NCBI GenBank assembly: GCA_040751815.1
Contig: JBFMHQ010000001.1
Span: forward strand, 4,073 to 68,072
Reading direction: 5' to 3'
DNA: 64,000 nucleotides
From: Bacillota bacterium
GTDB lineage: Bacteria > Bacillota > Desulfotomaculia > Desulfotomaculales > UBA12532
Part shown: piece by piece, positions 17,193 through 32,136 of the stretch
How the letters are laid out: every line of letters begins with the position of its first letter
Numbering within the stretch: position 1 is the stretch's first letter
Program-made: the position numbers and the translations under genes
The notes under the pieces: generated by a model
Databases searched by the model: none
Seen by the model: only the letters and a program-made list of their open reading frames with translations
What the model was told of the DNA's origin: nothing

Positions 17193-18482
17193 ATGAAAGC
17201 GACGGCGGAAAAGGTGGCCAAAAATACCGTGCTGCTGGAAATCGAGGTGGAGCCTGAAAAGCTGGCGCAGGCTATAGACAAGACCTATCGGGAACTGGTA
17301 AAAAAGGTCAATATTCCGGGCTTCCGGCGCGGTAAGGCGCCGCGCATTATTTTCGAGCGCTACTATGGCAGGGAGACCCTGGTCAACGAAGCGGTTGAAT
17401 CCCTTGTTCCCGAGGCCTATCTTGACGCCGTCAAACAGACGGGTATCGAGCCCATTGCTAATCCCGACGTGGAGATAGCCCAGGCCGAAGAAGGGAAACC
17501 GGTTATTTTCAAGGCCCGCGTGGAGGTCAAGCCGGAAGTAACCCTTGGACCTTATAAAGGGTTGGAAGTAGAAAAACCCCCGGTAGAAGTGACGGAGGCG
17601 GACGTGGACCGGGAAATAGAGCGGCTGCGGGAACGCTACGCCAGGCTGGTTACTTTAGAGGAAGGCGTGGTTCAGAAAGGGGATATTGTCACCATCGATT
17701 ATGAGGGAACGGTCGACGGCAAACCTTTTAAAGGCAGCCGGGCCACCGACCGTACCGTTGAGGTCGGCCTCGGTTTCCTGGTCGACGAGTTTGACACGCA
17801 ACTTCTCGGCATGGCCGTTAATGAAACCAAGGAAATTACCGTAAAGCTGCCGGAGAACTACCACGACGAAGGCGTGGCCGGCAAAGAGGCGGTTTTCCAG
17901 GTAACCGTCAAAGGTATCCGGCGCAAAGAGCTCGCGGCGATTGATGACGAATTCGCCAAGGATGTTAGCGAATTTGATACTCTGGAAGAGTTGAAAGCCG
18001 ATCTTCGACATAAATTAGAGGTAGCGGCGGAAAAGAGGGCGGAAGCCGCCGTGCGGGAAGCCCTTGTAGATAAGGCCACGGCGGCGGCGGAGGTAGAGGT
18101 TCCCGAACGCATGGTGGAAGCCAGGGTGGAAAGCATGACCCGGGAATTACTGCGCCCCGCGCTGCAGCAGGGGCTGACCCCGGAAAACTACTTTGAGCTT
18201 ACGAACACCAATCCCGAGGAACTGAGGGAAAAGCTCCGGCCGGAAGCCGAGCGAGCCCTCAAACGGGAACTGGTGCTGGACGCCATTGCCCGGACGGAGG
18301 GATTGGGAGTAAGCGAAGAGGAACTCGACCGCGAACTGAAACGGATAGCGGAATTTTACCGGCAGGACGCAGACCGGGTGAAGGAGGCCCTGACCGGAAC
18401 CGGCGAACTGGCGGCGATCGAAAAACGTCTCCTGCGCGGCAAGGCCATCGACTTCCTTGTGGCGCACGCGCAAGTAAAGTAA
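17193..18482 (+). CDS. tig: trigger factor
   Basis: IPGFRRGKAP signature; FKBP domain; precedes clpP. Confidence 0.97.
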   Translation: MKATAEKVAKNTVLLEIEVEPEKLAQAIDKTYRELVKKVNIPGFRRGKAPRIIFERYYGRETLVNEAVESLVPEAYLDAVKQTGIEPIANPDVEIAQAEEGKPVIFKARVEVKPEVTLGPYKGLEVEKPPVEVTEADVDREIERLRERYARLVTLEEGVVQKGDIVTIDYEGTVDGKPFKGSRATDRTVEVGLGFLVDEFDTQLLGMAVNETKEITVKLPENYHDEGVAGKEAVFQVTVKGIRRKELAAIDDEFAKDVSEFDTLEELKADLRHKLEVAAEKRAEAAVREALVDKATAAAEVEVPERMVEARVESMTRELLRPALQQGLTPENYFELTNTNPEELREKLRPEAERALKRELVLDAIARTEGLGVSEEELDRELKRIAEFYRQDADRVKEALTGTGELAAIEKRLLRGKAIDFLVAHAQVK

Positions 18483-18554
18483 ACTATGTCGTGACTTCCC
18501 TCTTTTAAACGCAGGGAATATAGTTTATCATGAGCACGTAGGGAGGGAACCCGC

Positions 18555-19151
18555 ATGTCCACACTGGTTCCTATCGTGGTTGAGCAGACGGCACGGGGCG
18601 AAAGGGCTTACGATATATATTCTCGCCTCCTGAAGGACCGGATCGTGTTTATCGGCGGTACCATCGACGACTATACGGCGAACCTGGCCATTGCCCAGCT
18701 CCTTTTCCTGGAGGCGGAAGACCCGGAAAAGGACATTCACCTTTACATCAACTCGCCCGGTGGCGCCGTGACGGCCGGTATGGCTATCTACGATACGATG
18801 CAATATATCCGCCCGGACGTGTCCACCATCTGTCTTGGGCAGGCGGCAAGTATGGGGGCCTTCTTGCTGGCGGCGGGTGCCAAAGGAAAGCGGTACTCTT
18901 TACCTTATGCGCGCATTATGCTGCATCAACCGCTGGGAGGTGTGCAGGGTCAGGCGACCGAGATCGACATCCACGCCCGGGAAATCCTCCGCATGAAGCA
19001 GGTTTTGAACGAACTTCTGGCCAAGCATACCGGGCAACCTCTGGAGCGTATCCAGCACGATACCGAACGCGATTTTTTCATGTCGGCGGAACAGGCCAAA
19101 GAATACGGCATCATTGACGAGGTGATCACCGTTCGCAAGAGGGCCAAGTAA
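18555..19151 (+). CDS. clpP: Clp protease proteolytic subunit
   Basis: [16 protein letters not shown] and MLHQP motifs. Confidence 0.98.
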   Translation: MSTLVPIVVEQTARGERAYDIYSRLLKDRIVFIGGTIDDYTANLAIAQLLFLEAEDPEKDIHLYINSPGGAVTAGMAIYDTMQYIRPDVSTICLGQAASMGAFLLAAGAKGKRYSLPYARIMLHQPLGGVQGQATEIDIHAREILRMKQVLNELLAKHTGQPLERIQHDTERDFFMSAEQAKEYGIIDEVITVRKRAK

Positions 19152-19164
19152 AAGAGGTGATAAC

Positions 19165-20415
19165 GTGTTTAACGATAAGGGACAACTGAAATGTTCCTTT
19201 TGCGGCAAGCTGCAGGACCAGGTTAAGAAACTGGTGGCCGGACCGGGCGTCTATATTTGTGACGAGTGCATCGAGCTTTGCAACGAGATCATCGAGGAGG
19301 AACTGAACGAAGATCTCGGGCTGGAGCTGCGGGATGTTCCGAAGCCGAGGGACATAAAGGAGTACCTGGACCAGTACGTCGTCGGGCAGGAGCACGCCAA
19401 GAAAATCCTGGCCGTGGCGGTTTACAACCACTATAAACGGATCAACCTTGGCGGCAAAATTGACGATGTTGAACTGCAGAAATCGAACATCCTTATGCTC
19501 GGGCCCACGGGGTGCGGCAAAACGCTCCTGGCCCAGACGCTCGCCCGCTTCCTGAACGTGCCCTTTGCCATTGCCGATGCGACATCCCTGACCGAGGCGG
19601 GCTATGTGGGCGAGGACGTGGAAAACATTCTCCTCAAGCTTATCCAGGCGGCCGACTACGATGTGGAAAAGGCCGAGAAGGGTATCGTCTACATCGATGA
19701 GATCGACAAGATCGCCCGCAAATCCGAGAACCCGTCCATAACCAGGGACGTTTCGGGCGAAGGTGTCCAGCAGGCTTTGCTCAAGATTCTCGAGGGTACG
19801 GTGGCCAGCGTACCGCCGCAGGGTGGGCGGAAACACCCGCACCAGGAGTTCATCCAGATCGATACGACCAATATTCTTTTCATCTGCGGCGGCGCCTTCG
19901 AGGGGATCGAGAAGATCATCCAAAACCGGGTTGCGCAGAAAACCATGGGGTTCGGGGCAGAGTTGCATATCAAGCGCGACCGCCGGCTGGGTGAAATCCT
20001 GCGGCAGATCCTGCCCCAGGATCTGCTTAAGTTCGGTTTGATTCCGGAGTTTGTGGGCCGTGTGCCGATTATCGTGACCCTTGATCCGCTTACGGAAGAA
20101 GATATGCTTCGTATTCTCACAGAACCTCGGAATGCCCTGGTGCGGCAGTACGAAAAGCTCTTCGAGCTCGACGGTGTCACTCTGGAATTTCAGGAGGAAG
20201 CCCTGCGGGCCGTGGCCGGTGAAGCCCTGCGCCGCAACACGGGGGCGCGCGGTTTGCGTGCCATCCTGGAAGAGGTTATGCTCAACGTGATGTACGAAAT
20301 CCCATCGCGCGGGGACATCGCCAAGTGCACGATTACCGCAGAGACGGTGCTCAAGCGGGACCCCCCCCTGATTATTACCATAGAGCGGAAAAAGAAAAAG
20401 GAAGGGCTAATGTAA
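19165..20415 (+). CDS. clpX: Clp protease ATP-binding subunit
   Basis: CSFCGK zinc finger; GPTGCGKT; [14 protein letters not shown]. Confidence 0.98.
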   Translation: MFNDKGQLKCSFCGKLQDQVKKLVAGPGVYICDECIELCNEIIEEELNEDLGLELRDVPKPRDIKEYLDQYVVGQEHAKKILAVAVYNHYKRINLGGKIDDVELQKSNILMLGPTGCGKTLLAQTLARFLNVPFAIADATSLTEAGYVGEDVENILLKLIQAADYDVEKAEKGIVYIDEIDKIARKSENPSITRDVSGEGVQQALLKILEGTVASVPPQGGRKHPHQEFIQIDTTNILFICGGAFEGIEKIIQNRVAQKTMGFGAELHIKRDRRLGEILRQILPQDLLKFGLIPEFVGRVPIIVTLDPLTEEDMLRILTEPRNALVRQYEKLFELDGVTLEFQEEALRAVAGEALRRNTGARGLRAILEEVMLNVMYEIPSRGDIAKCTITAETVLKRDPPLIITIERKKKKEGLM

Positions 20416-20419
20416 AATT

Positions 20420-20445
20420 CCCGCCGGGCGACCGGCGGGTTTTTT
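20420..20445 (+). terminator. intrinsic terminator after clpX
   Basis: CCCGCCGG-GCGA-CCGGCGGG-TTTTTT. Confidence 0.9.
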
Positions 20446-20512
20446 AATTTTTATTTATAAAAGATGCGCCCGGACTGGCATAATAACACAAAAAGGCAGG
20501 AGGTACCTTTCT

Positions 20513-22177
20513 TTGGCTGAAACAGGCCTGTCCGGTTTGATCACCTTTATCCAGGTATTTTTCGGCGTGATCATCGGACTTTACTTCTGGAACCTGCTTA
20601 AGAGCCAGCAAGGCGCTAAGGTGGCGGTTGAGCGGGAATCGCGCAAAGAAATTGAGAAATTGCGCCGGCTGCGGGCAATAACCTTAACCGAGCCGCTGGC
20701 GGAGAAGACACGCCCGTCTACCTTTGCGGAAATCGTCGGGCAGGAAGAAGGCTTAAAAGCTCTTAGGGCAGCCCTTTGCGGCCCCAACCCCCAGCACGTC
20801 ATTATCTACGGGCCCCCGGGCGTGGGGAAGACGGCCGCCGCCCGCCTGGTCCTCGAAGAGGCCAAGCGGAGCGCAGTATCACCCTTCAAGGAGGAGGCCC
20901 GTTTTGTAGAAATCGACGCTACCACGGCCCGTTTCGACGAACGCGGCATTGCCGACCCCCTTATAGGGAGCGTCCACGACCCAATTTACCAGGGGGCCGG
21001 GCCGCTGGGCATGGCCGGTGTCCCGCAGCCCAAGCCGGGGGCGGTAACACGGGCCCACGGCGGCATCCTGTTCATCGACGAGATCGGGGAACTGCACCCC
21101 GTGCAGATGAACAAGCTCCTGAAGGTGCTCGAGGACCGCAAGGTCATCCTGGAAAGCGCCTACTATAACCCCGATGATCCCAATATTCCCTCCCACATCC
21201 ACGACATCTTTCAAAACGGCCTCCCGGCCGACTTCCGCCTGGTGGGAGCCACGACCCGTCTTCCCGATGACATTCCGCCGGCGATCCGCTCGCGGTGTAT
21301 GGAGGTCTTCTTCCGTCCCCTCACGCCGGAGGAGGTGGGACGGATAGCGGTCAACGCCGCCCAGAAGGTTGCTTGTACCCTGGAGCCGGGTGTCCTGGAG
21401 ATCGTGATGAAATACGCCGGTAACGGGCGGGAGGCCGTCAATATTATTCAACTGGCGGCCGGCCTGGCAATTACCTCCGGACGGCAACGCATTGAGGTCG
21501 CCGATGCCGAGTGGGTGGTGCAAACCGGGCAGTACCGGCCACGCCCCGAAGCTAAAGCCCCTCCGGGGCCCAGGATTGGGCGCGTGAACGCCCTGGCCCT
21601 GTACGGTCCTAACGCGGGCACCCTGTTGGAGATCGAAGCCGTGACCATTCCGGTGCGGCAGGGCCGGGGCACCTTGACCGTGACCGGGGTAGTGGACGAG
21701 GAAGAGCTGGGTTCCCGCGGCCGGACCATCCGGCGTAAGAGCCTGGCCCGTACGGCGGTGGAGAATGTGCTTACCGCGTTGCGTTGCCTGAGGCGTTTCG
21801 ACCACCGCGACTTTGATATCCACGTCAATTTCCCCGGCGGTGTCCCAGTAGATGGACCGTCGGCGGGCGCCGCTATCGCCGTGGCGATATATTCGGCGGC
21901 GCGGCAGGTGCCGGTGGCCGGCGATACGGCCGTCACCGGCGAGGTGTCCATCTGCGGCCTGATCAAGCCGGTGGGCGGCGTCGTGGCCAAGATCGACGCC
22001 GCCCGGCGGGCCGGGGTGCGCACGGTTTGCATTCCCAGGGACAACGCCCAGGAACTCTTTGCGGCCTGGGAGGGCGTCCGGGTGGTACCCGTGGAAAGGC
22101 TGGATGAGGTTTTCGCCGTCGCACTGGCCGTACCGCCCGGCCTGCGCGAGCCGCGAAAATGCCTCCCTACGGCCTGA
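20513..22177 (+). CDS. lonB: ATP-dependent protease LonB (sporulation type)
   Basis: N-terminal TM segment (GLYFWNLL); GPPGVGKT; DGPSAG; located between clpX and lon. Confidence 0.92.
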   Translation: MAETGLSGLITFIQVFFGVIIGLYFWNLLKSQQGAKVAVERESRKEIEKLRRLRAITLTEPLAEKTRPSTFAEIVGQEEGLKALRAALCGPNPQHVIIYGPPGVGKTAAARLVLEEAKRSAVSPFKEEARFVEIDATTARFDERGIADPLIGSVHDPIYQGAGPLGMAGVPQPKPGAVTRAHGGILFIDEIGELHPVQMNKLLKVLEDRKVILESAYYNPDDPNIPSHIHDIFQNGLPADFRLVGATTRLPDDIPPAIRSRCMEVFFRPLTPEEVGRIAVNAAQKVACTLEPGVLEIVMKYAGNGREAVNIIQLAAGLAITSGRQRIEVADAEWVVQTGQYRPRPEAKAPPGPRIGRVNALALYGPNAGTLLEIEAVTIPVRQGRGTLTVTGVVDEEELGSRGRTIRRKSLARTAVENVLTALRCLRRFDHRDFDIHVNFPGGVPVDGPSAGAAIAVAIYSAARQVPVAGDTAVTGEVSICGLIKPVGGVVAKIDAARRAGVRTVCIPRDNAQELFAAWEGVRVVPVERLDEVFAVALAVPPGLREPRKCLPTA

Positions 22178-22198
22178 AAATGCACGAGGGCTTCCTCC

Positions 22199-22228
22199 AG
22201 GGCCCCTTTTCGGGGCCTTTTTGCTTTT
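22199..22228 (+). terminator. intrinsic terminator after lonB
   Basis: GGCCCC/GGGGCC stem plus T-tract. Confidence 0.7.
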
Positions 22229-22341
22229 CCCCTGACAACTATTTCTATGGCGGCTGTTTCGGCATTTATGTTAGAATAAAAACCGGTAACTGCCCCTGGC
22301 TGGTAACGGCACCAGAGTTCATGGTAGGAGGAGGTGCGGCA

Positions 22342-24741
22342 ATGCAGACAACCATAAGGGCGTTACCTCTGCTGCCGCTGCGTGGCATTCTGGTTTTTCC
22401 GTACATGGTAGTGCATCTCGATGTTGGCAGGGAAAAGTCTATAAAGGCCATCGAAGAGGCCATGATTCATGACCGCCTCATTTTTCTGGCGACGCAGAAG
22501 GAAGCCCAGACCGACAACCCCGAAGAAGACGACATTTACCGCGTGGGTACGGTCGCCGAGTTGAAGCAGTTGTTGAAGCTACCAGGGGGGACCATCAGGG
22601 TACTTGTCGAGGGCGTCGCCCGGGGGACTATCCTGCGCTACCTCAGCGCAGACCCGTTTTTCAAGGTCGAAATACAGCAGTACTACGAGACGCAGGAAAA
22701 GAGCACCCCGGTCGAGGCGCTGATGCGTAATCTCACGTACCAGTTTGAGCAGTACGTCAAGCTGTCGAAGCGTATTCCTCCGGAAACGGTGGTTTCCATC
22801 CTGAACATTGACGAGCCCGGGCGCCTGGCCGATATCGTCGCGTCGCACCTGCCGCTGCGCATTGAGGACAAACAGGCCGTTCTCGAGGCCATCGAGGTTA
22901 CCGAGCGCCTGGAAAAGCTCTGCGCGCTGCTGGCCAAAGAACTCGAGATCGTCGAACTCGAGCGGCGTATAAATGTGCGCGTCCGCAAGCAGATGGAGAA
23001 GACGCAAAAGGAATACTACCTCCGGGAGCAGATGAAGGCCATCCAGCGCGAACTCGGCGAGAAGGACGAGCGCGCGGCCGAGGGAGAGGAGTACCGGGAA
23101 AAGATCGCTGCGGCCAAGCTGCCGAAAGACGTGGAAGAAAAGGCGCTGAAAGAGGTCGAGCGCCTGGAGAAGATGCCGCCTATGGCGGCGGAGGCCACGG
23201 TGGTGCGCAACTACCTGGACTGGATCCTGGCCCTCCCGTGGAATAAGAGCACCAGGGACCGCATCGATATCAAGGCGGCGGAGGCGGTGCTTGAGGCCGA
23301 CCATTACGGCCTTAAGAAGCCCAAGGAGCGCATCCTGGAATACCTGGCCATTCGCAAGTTAGCTAAGAAAATGAAGGGCCCAATTCTCTGCTTTGTGGGT
23401 CCTCCGGGCGTGGGCAAAACCTCGCTGGGTAAGTCCATCGCGCGGGCCCTGGACCGGAAGTTCGTCCGGGTTTCGCTGGGCGGCGTCCGGGACGAGGCGG
23501 AAATCAGGGGGCACCGGCGCACCTATGTAGGGGCGCTGCCCGGGAGGATTATCCAGGGCATGCGTACAGCCGGGTCCAAGAATCCTGTTTTCCTGCTGGA
23601 CGAAGTCGACAAGATGAGCGTCGACTTCCGGGGAGATCCTTCGGCGGCCCTGCTTGAGGTGCTGGATCCGGAGCAGAACAACGCCTTTTCGGATCATTAC
23701 ATCGAAATACCGTTCGATCTATCGAACGTGCTCTTTATTACGACGGCGAACTTGTACCACAATATCCCGCGGCCCCTTCTGGACCGCATGGAGGTAATCT
23801 ACATATCCGGTTACACGGAGGAAGAAAAGGTCCAGATCGCCGTCCGGCACCTGATTCCCAAGCAGCTTAAGGAGCACGGCCTGGCGAAGAAGACGCTCAT
23901 GATCTCGGAAAACGCCGTGCGCCGGATTATTCGCGAATACACCCGCGAGTCCGGGGTCCGCAACCTGGAGCGGGAGATCGCCACCATCTGCCGTAAGACG
24001 GCCAAGGAGATCGTGGCCAACAAGGCGCGGGAGGTCAGGGTCAGCCAGCGTAACCTGGAGCGGTTCCTGGGCATCCCGCGGTTCCGGTACGGTGTGGCGG
24101 AAAAGGAAGACGAAGTGGGTGTGGCTACGGGCCTAGCCTGGACCGAGACCGGCGGTGATACACTGGCCATTGAAGTCGCCGTCTGTCGCGGTAAAGGGGC
24201 GCTGACCCTCACCGGTAAACTCGGGGAGGTAATGCGGGAATCGGCCCAGGCGGGCTATAGCTATATCCGCAGCCGGGCCAAGCAACTGGGTATCGACGAG
24301 ATGTTCCATGAGAAGTACGATATCCATGTGCACGTCCCAGAGGGGGCGACGCCGAAAGACGGGCCGTCGGCGGGGATCACCATAGCCACCGCGCTGGCCT
24401 CCGCCCTCACCGGGCGCAGGGTGCGCCACGACGTGGCCATGACCGGCGAAATCACGCTGCGCGGACGGGTTCTGCCGGTTGGCGGTATCAAGGAGAAGGT
24501 GCTTGCCGCCCACCGCGCGGGCATCAAAACGGTTATTCTGCCGGCGGAGAACAAGAAGGACCTTGAGGAGATACCGGCCAACGTCCGCAACAAGCTGGAG
24601 TTCGTTTTCGTCGACCATATGGACGAGGTGCTTGAACGGGCGCTGGCGAAGGACGACCTGGGTCCCGAGGTCCTGGCGGCAGCCCCGCCGCTACCGCCCG
24701 AGGTCACCTACCAGCCCATGGTCCAGGAAAGGCCGTCCTAG
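22342..24741 (+). CDS. lon: Lon protease (endopeptidase La)
   Basis: LPLLPLR N-domain; GPPGVGKTS; PKDGPSAG; GGAGG RBS before ATG 22342. Confidence 0.97.
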   Translation: MQTTIRALPLLPLRGILVFPYMVVHLDVGREKSIKAIEEAMIHDRLIFLATQKEAQTDNPEEDDIYRVGTVAELKQLLKLPGGTIRVLVEGVARGTILRYLSADPFFKVEIQQYYETQEKSTPVEALMRNLTYQFEQYVKLSKRIPPETVVSILNIDEPGRLADIVASHLPLRIEDKQAVLEAIEVTERLEKLCALLAKELEIVELERRINVRVRKQMEKTQKEYYLREQMKAIQRELGEKDERAAEGEEYREKIAAAKLPKDVEEKALKEVERLEKMPPMAAEATVVRNYLDWILALPWNKSTRDRIDIKAAEAVLEADHYGLKKPKERILEYLAIRKLAKKMKGPILCFVGPPGVGKTSLGKSIARALDRKFVRVSLGGVRDEAEIRGHRRTYVGALPGRIIQGMRTAGSKNPVFLLDEVDKMSVDFRGDPSAALLEVLDPEQNNAFSDHYIEIPFDLSNVLFITTANLYHNIPRPLLDRMEVIYISGYTEEEKVQIAVRHLIPKQLKEHGLAKKTLMISENAVRRIIREYTRESGVRNLEREIATICRKTAKEIVANKAREVRVSQRNLERFLGIPRFRYGVAEKEDEVGVATGLAWTETGGDTLAIEVAVCRGKGALTLTGKLGEVMRESAQAGYSYIRSRAKQLGIDEMFHEKYDIHVHVPEGATPKDGPSAGITIATALASALTGRRVRHDVAMTGEITLRGRVLPVGGIKEKVLAAHRAGIKTVILPAENKKDLEEIPANVRNKLEFVFVDHMDEVLERALAKDDLGPEVLAAAPPLPPEVTYQPMVQERPS

Positions 24742-24785
24742 GACGCTCTTTGGTAGCCGAAAAAAAAGAGTTTCATGGTTCCGGT

Positions 24786-25772
24786 TCACGGGGCCTTTTT
24801 CTTTTGCTCCTGCAGGAGTTTCACCGCCTGTGCTGCCGGGCGCGGGTCCATGCTGTGCCGGAAAGGAGGCGCCCCGGCGGTCTCACCGGCCTGCCGCCGC
24901 ATCTCTTGCAGCCGGGCGTATGGTCCGGTCCCGGGTGCGGGGTGTGCCGCCCACATCCCTTCGCTCCGGTAGCGACGCACGCCTTGAAGAAGCGTTGCGT
25001 AGCGCAGATGGGGGAAAAAGGGGCCGGTTACCGCCGCTACCTCTTCCGCGGTGTGCTCCTTGATCCATTCCTGGGCCATCTGGAGGGCGGCCGTAAAGCG
25101 GGCGTAGAGGTCCTGTCGCGCCGCAAGGGAAGCGCGGGGAGCGGCGCAGGCGGTGCCCGGAACGGGGGCCGCCTCGCGCAGGGAGGCCAGGTAGTGGGCC
25201 TTCCCTTTTTGTTCCCAGAGAAAGCCTTCAAGCGGCGACAGCAGAATGTAGTCGCCCGTCCCCGCTTCCCAGGCGGGGGAACGCAGGCTGCCGGGTAGAT
25301 TCTGGACCAAGTGCACGTGCGTCTGGGGCCGCAGCTTGTGCCGGCGCAAGATGTACTCCAGCGCCACCTGACCGTCGGCATCCGGTTCAAGGCCGACGAT
25401 TACTTTTTCCCTGGCATCCTCCCACTTGAAATGCGGGTCGGCCTGGCGGCCGTAAAGAAAGAAGTCGGGGCAGCGTGTCAGGACGGCGAAGGTGACGCTG
25501 CCGGGCGGCAAACCGTCAAAGGGAACAACCAGGACGTCGACCCTGGCGGCCAACCGCGATGGGGCCGGTTCCCCCATATGCAGTCTCACGCTGATACCCT
25601 GCTGCATGAAATAACCCCGGACCGCAGCCACGTAAAGCGGGACGGAAGCCAGGGAACGCCCGGCCTCGTACACGACCACCGTGTGGCGGGCGGGTGCACG
25701 GTGCACCAGGAAAAGCCAGATTCCGGCGCCGGCCAGGGCCCCTGCCAGGAGAAAAGCCACAATTTTCCGCAC
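24786..25772 (-). CDS. ABC transporter substrate-binding protein, NMT1/SsuA-like (orphan)
   Basis: N-terminal anchor; PLYVA..GYF..GI motif; no permease or ATPase gene adjacent. Confidence 0.7.
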   Translation of the reverse strand: MRKIVAFLLAGALAGAGIWLFLVHRAPARHTVVVYEAGRSLASVPLYVAAVRGYFMQQGISVRLHMGEPAPSRLAARVDVLVVPFDGLPPGSVTFAVLTRCPDFFLYGRQADPHFKWEDAREKVIVGLEPDADGQVALEYILRRHKLRPQTHVHLVQNLPGSLRSPAWEAGTGDYILLSPLEGFLWEQKGKAHYLASLREAAPVPGTACAAPRASLAARQDLYARFTAALQMAQEWIKEHTAEEVAAVTGPFFPHLRYATLLQGVRRYRSEGMWAAHPAPGTGPYARLQEMRRQAGETAGAPPFRHSMDPRPAAQAVKLLQEQKKKAP

Positions 25773-25845
25773 AGCCGTTCCCCCGAGCGCGCGTTCTGGT
25801 TATAATTACTTAGGCAACCTGCGGTTTATGTCCGGTTGGGGTCGA

Positions 25846-25874
25846 TTGACACCTGATCCGGCTCCGGGTAAGAT
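25846..25874 (+). promoter_or_regulatory. sigma-A promoter of valS-folC
   Basis: TTGACA-N17-TAAGAT. Confidence 0.7.
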
Positions 25875-25901
25875 GATGTTGAAAATCCGGGAGGGAGCGC
25901 G

Positions 25902-28536
<2,635 letters not shown>

Positions 28537-28550
<14 letters not shown>

Positions 28551-29898
28551 GTTTGTCGCCCGGCTGCGGGGCGCCGCCGCGGCCGGTGTCCGGCCGGGGC
28601 TGGAAAGAATTAAAGGGCTTCTCGCCCGGTTGGGAAACCCCCAGGAAGGCCTTGCTGCCGTGCACATCGCCGGCACTAACGGCAAGGGTTCAACCGCTGC
28701 CATGCTGGCCGGTATTTTCTCCGCGGCCGGCTACCGGACGGGTCTTTACACTTCCCCGCACCTGGAGAAGTACACCGAACGCTTCGTCATCAACGGGGAG
28801 CCGATCCCGGAGGAGCGGCTTCTGGCCTTGCTCGAGGGGCTCGTCCCCCTCGTGGAAGCCTTTGTGGGAGAAGGCGGCGCGCGGCCCACCGAGTTTGAAA
28901 TTCTCACCGCCCTGGCCTTTATTTATTTCCGGGAAGAACAGGTGGATATCGCCGTTCTGGAAACGGGACTCGGGGGCCGGCTGGACGCTACCAACGTCGT
29001 CATCCCCGAGGTGGCCATCATCACCGGCGTCAGCCTGGACCACACCGCCTACCTGGGTCAAGACCTTGCCGCCGTGGCCCGCGAGAAAGCGGGGATTATC
29101 AAGCACCGTGTTCCGGTGGTGACGGCGGCCGAAGGGGTGCCGCTGGAAGTGATCCGTGACCGGTGCGCCCGTCTCGGCGCGCCCCTGTACGTGGTGGGAA
29201 AGGATATTACCTTTCGCGGCGAAGCCCTCGATCTGGCGGCGCAGAGAATAACCGTCCACAGCCGCGGAAAAACGTACGCCGACCTCATATTACCCCTCCT
29301 GGGGGTGCACCAGCAGGCCAACGCGGCTTGCGCCGTGGCTGCCGCGGACCTGCTGCGGGAAAAGGGGTACCGCACCACCGGCGAGGCCATCGCCCGAGGG
29401 CTGGCCGGCGTGTGGTGGCCGGGCCGTTTTGAAGTGGTACGCCGCACGCCCCTGACCATCCTCGACGGGGCTCACAACCCGGCGGGGGCGGCCGCACTGG
29501 TAGAGGCTGCAAGGCAGCACCTTGGCGGGCGGAAGCTTGTTCTGGTTCTCGGTATTCTGGACGACAAGGACCGCGAGTCCATGGTGCAGAGGCTGGCCCC
29601 GCTGGCCAAAGAAATAATTGTCACCAGGCCCCCCGGCGCCCGCGCCGCCAACTGGCGCGGGGTGGCGGCCGCGGCGCGCAGGTACCGGCGCGCGGTGTGG
29701 GAGGTCGAAGACCCCCGTAGCGCCGTGAAAGAAGCATTTAAAAGGGCGGGAAGCGGCGGGGCCGTCCTGGTGACCGGGTCGCTCTACCTGGTGGGAGCGG
29801 TCAGGGCGCTGTTCCCGGCCGGGGAGCGGAACGGCGCCCCTTGGGAAGACAGCCGGCCAGGAGCGTGCCCGCCACGGCAACCGGCACGAAGAGGTTGA
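28537..29898 (+). CDS. folC: folylpolyglutamate synthase / dihydrofolate synthase
   Basis: [28 protein letters not shown] and GSLYLVG motifs; TTG start overlapping the valS end. Confidence 0.95.
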
Positions 29899-30889
29899 AG
29901 GGTAGCATGAAAATGGGATGCTGCAGGAGGCGTGGTATGGTGAGCGGGGTGACGACGGCCAGAACCGCGCCGATGGCGGCTGCGGGCAGGATGAAGGGAC
30001 GGTAGGTGCGCAGGTTGAACAGCTGGCGGAACAGGGCCAGCAGCACATAGAAAAGCACGCAGGCCTTGACGAAGGTAACGAAGTAGTACATCAGGAGCAA
30101 AAGGATGTCGACCCGCTCGACGAGCCGGCCGATGCTTATGTAACGGTACACTTCGAGAAGCTTGAAGCTGGTCGTGGGGGCGAGGGCGCCGAGCACCGAG
30201 ACCACCGCGCCCACAATGGTAAGCAAAATCAGGGAGGCCGCGCCGAGGGACCGGGCCAGGTGCTTTGGCAGTTCGTGGCGGTTGTGCACGTAGGGAATAA
30301 GAACGACCAGGGAGGTGATCTCTCCCCACTGGGCGAACTGCACGGCTCCGCTGGCAAAGACGGGCCGCAAACCGTCTTCCAGGAGGGGAAAGAGGTTCTC
30401 GCCCCGCATGTTCGGCGCGGCGAGCAAAATCCCGAGCAGCAGCACCAGCATTACCTGGGGCATCAGCAACTGCCCTACGCGGGCAATAACCTCCAGCCCC
30501 CCGTAAAGGGCGTAGGCCACCACGGCGAGGCCGGCCAGGATAAGCACGATGGCCGGGGTCTGCACGTAAACGAAGGTGAAAATGCCGACCCCCATGCGCA
30601 GCGTGGAAAGGAGCGCTACCGCGACGAAGACGAGAAGGACGGCGGCGATGACCCGGGCCGCGAACGGCCCCACCAGTTTCGCCGCTGCCTGGAGGAAATC
30701 AGGCCCCTCGAGGTGGCGGCCGGTGTAAAGGAGCGCGCCCAGAAGCGCAAACGCGAGGGCGATGCTTACCAGTTGCCCCAGGAGAAAGTCCCTGCCACCC
30801 ACGGTGACCGCTACCAGGGTTCAGACCAGCGGGAGAGCCAGGACGGCCAGTTGCAGCGTGCCCAGCTGGCGAGCACTTATCCGCGGCAT
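29801..30889 (-). pseudogene. GerAB-family germination permease-like subunit with in-frame TGA at codon 23
   Basis: ATG 30889 gives MPRISARQLGTL...PLV*; TGA at 30821-30823 is in frame with ORF 29801..30802 (YGGLEVIAR, ERVD motifs). Confidence 0.75.
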
Positions 30890-31007
30890 ATCCACGCCCT
30901 CTCTCCCTCCCTTTTCACGTAGCTCGATTAGATTTTGCCCCCTTTCATAAATTTTTTCCCCCAGTAAAAAATAGACGACAGTACCGGGTACGGTGGGGTC
31001 GGGAGAA

Positions 31008-32132
31008 ATGGCGGGGAAGGTAAGCATTTCCGCGTACCAGGCCATGTGGTACCAGGTGGGCATCGTGCTGGCCACGGCGATCCTCTTCGTGCCGGCCATT
31101 GTGGCCGCCGATGCCCGGCAGGATGCCTGGCTTTCCCTTGTTCCGGCCTACCTTTTCGGCAGCCTCCAGGTGTACGTGGCCACGCGCCTGGCGCAACGGT
31201 TTCCCGGGGAAACGGTGGTCCAGTACGCGCCCCGCGTTGCCGGGCGGGTGCCCGGGAAGCTCATCGCCTTCGTTTACGTTTTCTATTTCTTTTTCGTCGG
31301 CTACTTCGTGCAGCAGGAGTTCGCCGCCCTGATGGCCTCGGGTTACATGCCCCTCACCCCGCCGGTTGTTTTCATGCTGGTGCTGGCAGGGCTCGCCGCC
31401 TACGCGGCGTACGGGGGGCTGGAGGTTATCTGCCGCGTGAACACCCTTGTGCTGAGTGTGGCCCTGGCGGCCCTCGTTATCGTTTTTCTCCTTGTAGTCA
31501 AGGATATCAAGATATGGCGATTCTTACCGGTGCTGGAGAACGGCCCGGAGCCCGTGGTGCTCGGCGCGCTGCCGCCCGGCGGGTGGTTCGGGGAAACCGC
31601 CGTGATCCTTATGCTCTACCCCTTCATCGCCGACAAGGAAAAGGCGGTCAGGGCGGGCCTTCTGGCCGTTTTTCTGCTTTTCCTGGCCATGGAACTGGTG
31701 GTGGTGAGTTCGCTCGGGCTGGAAGGGCCCCTGGAAGCGGCCCGCTTCCTCTTCCCGACCTTCAACGTCGTGCGCCGCATCAGGCTGGAGGCGCTGCCGA
31801 TCCTGGAGCGGCAGGACGCCGTCTTCATGATGATCTGGGTGGCGGCGATGATGGTCAAGCTCACCACCTTCTTTTTTGCTGCCGTCCTGGGACTGGCACA
31901 GTGGGCCGGCGCCAGGGATCACCGGACGCTCATTCTGCCGGCGGCGGCGGTCATGACCGCCCTGGCGGTACAGGCGTGGAAAAATATCCCCGAACTTTTC
32001 GCCTTTTCGAGCGAGGTGTTTCCCCTCACCATCATTTTCGTCAACTTTTTCTGTACCGTTCTCGTGCTTGCCCTGGCCGTCGCGCGCGGTATTGCCGGGT
32101 CGCCGGCGGGCAGGGGAGGCGAAAGGGGATGA
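31008..32132 (+). CDS. germinant receptor B subunit (GerAB/KB family)
   Basis: ISAYQ start; QDAW, YGGLEVICR and ERQD motifs; multi-TM. Confidence 0.9.
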   Translation: MAGKVSISAYQAMWYQVGIVLATAILFVPAIVAADARQDAWLSLVPAYLFGSLQVYVATRLAQRFPGETVVQYAPRVAGRVPGKLIAFVYVFYFFFVGYFVQQEFAALMASGYMPLTPPVVFMLVLAGLAAYAAYGGLEVICRVNTLVLSVALAALVIVFLLVVKDIKIWRFLPVLENGPEPVVLGALPPGGWFGETAVILMLYPFIADKEKAVRAGLLAVFLLFLAMELVVVSSLGLEGPLEAARFLFPTFNVVRRIRLEALPILERQDAVFMMIWVAAMMVKLTTFFFAAVLGLAQWAGARDHRTLILPAAAVMTALAVQAWKNIPELFAFSSEVFPLTIIFVNFFCTVLVLALAVARGIAGSPAGRGGERG

Positions 32133-32136
32133 GGTC

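Noticed and set aside
30821-30823. Selenocysteine read-through of the gerAB TGA
   Set aside because: The position is in a TM helix with no conserved Cys role, and no convincing SECIS hairpin follows.
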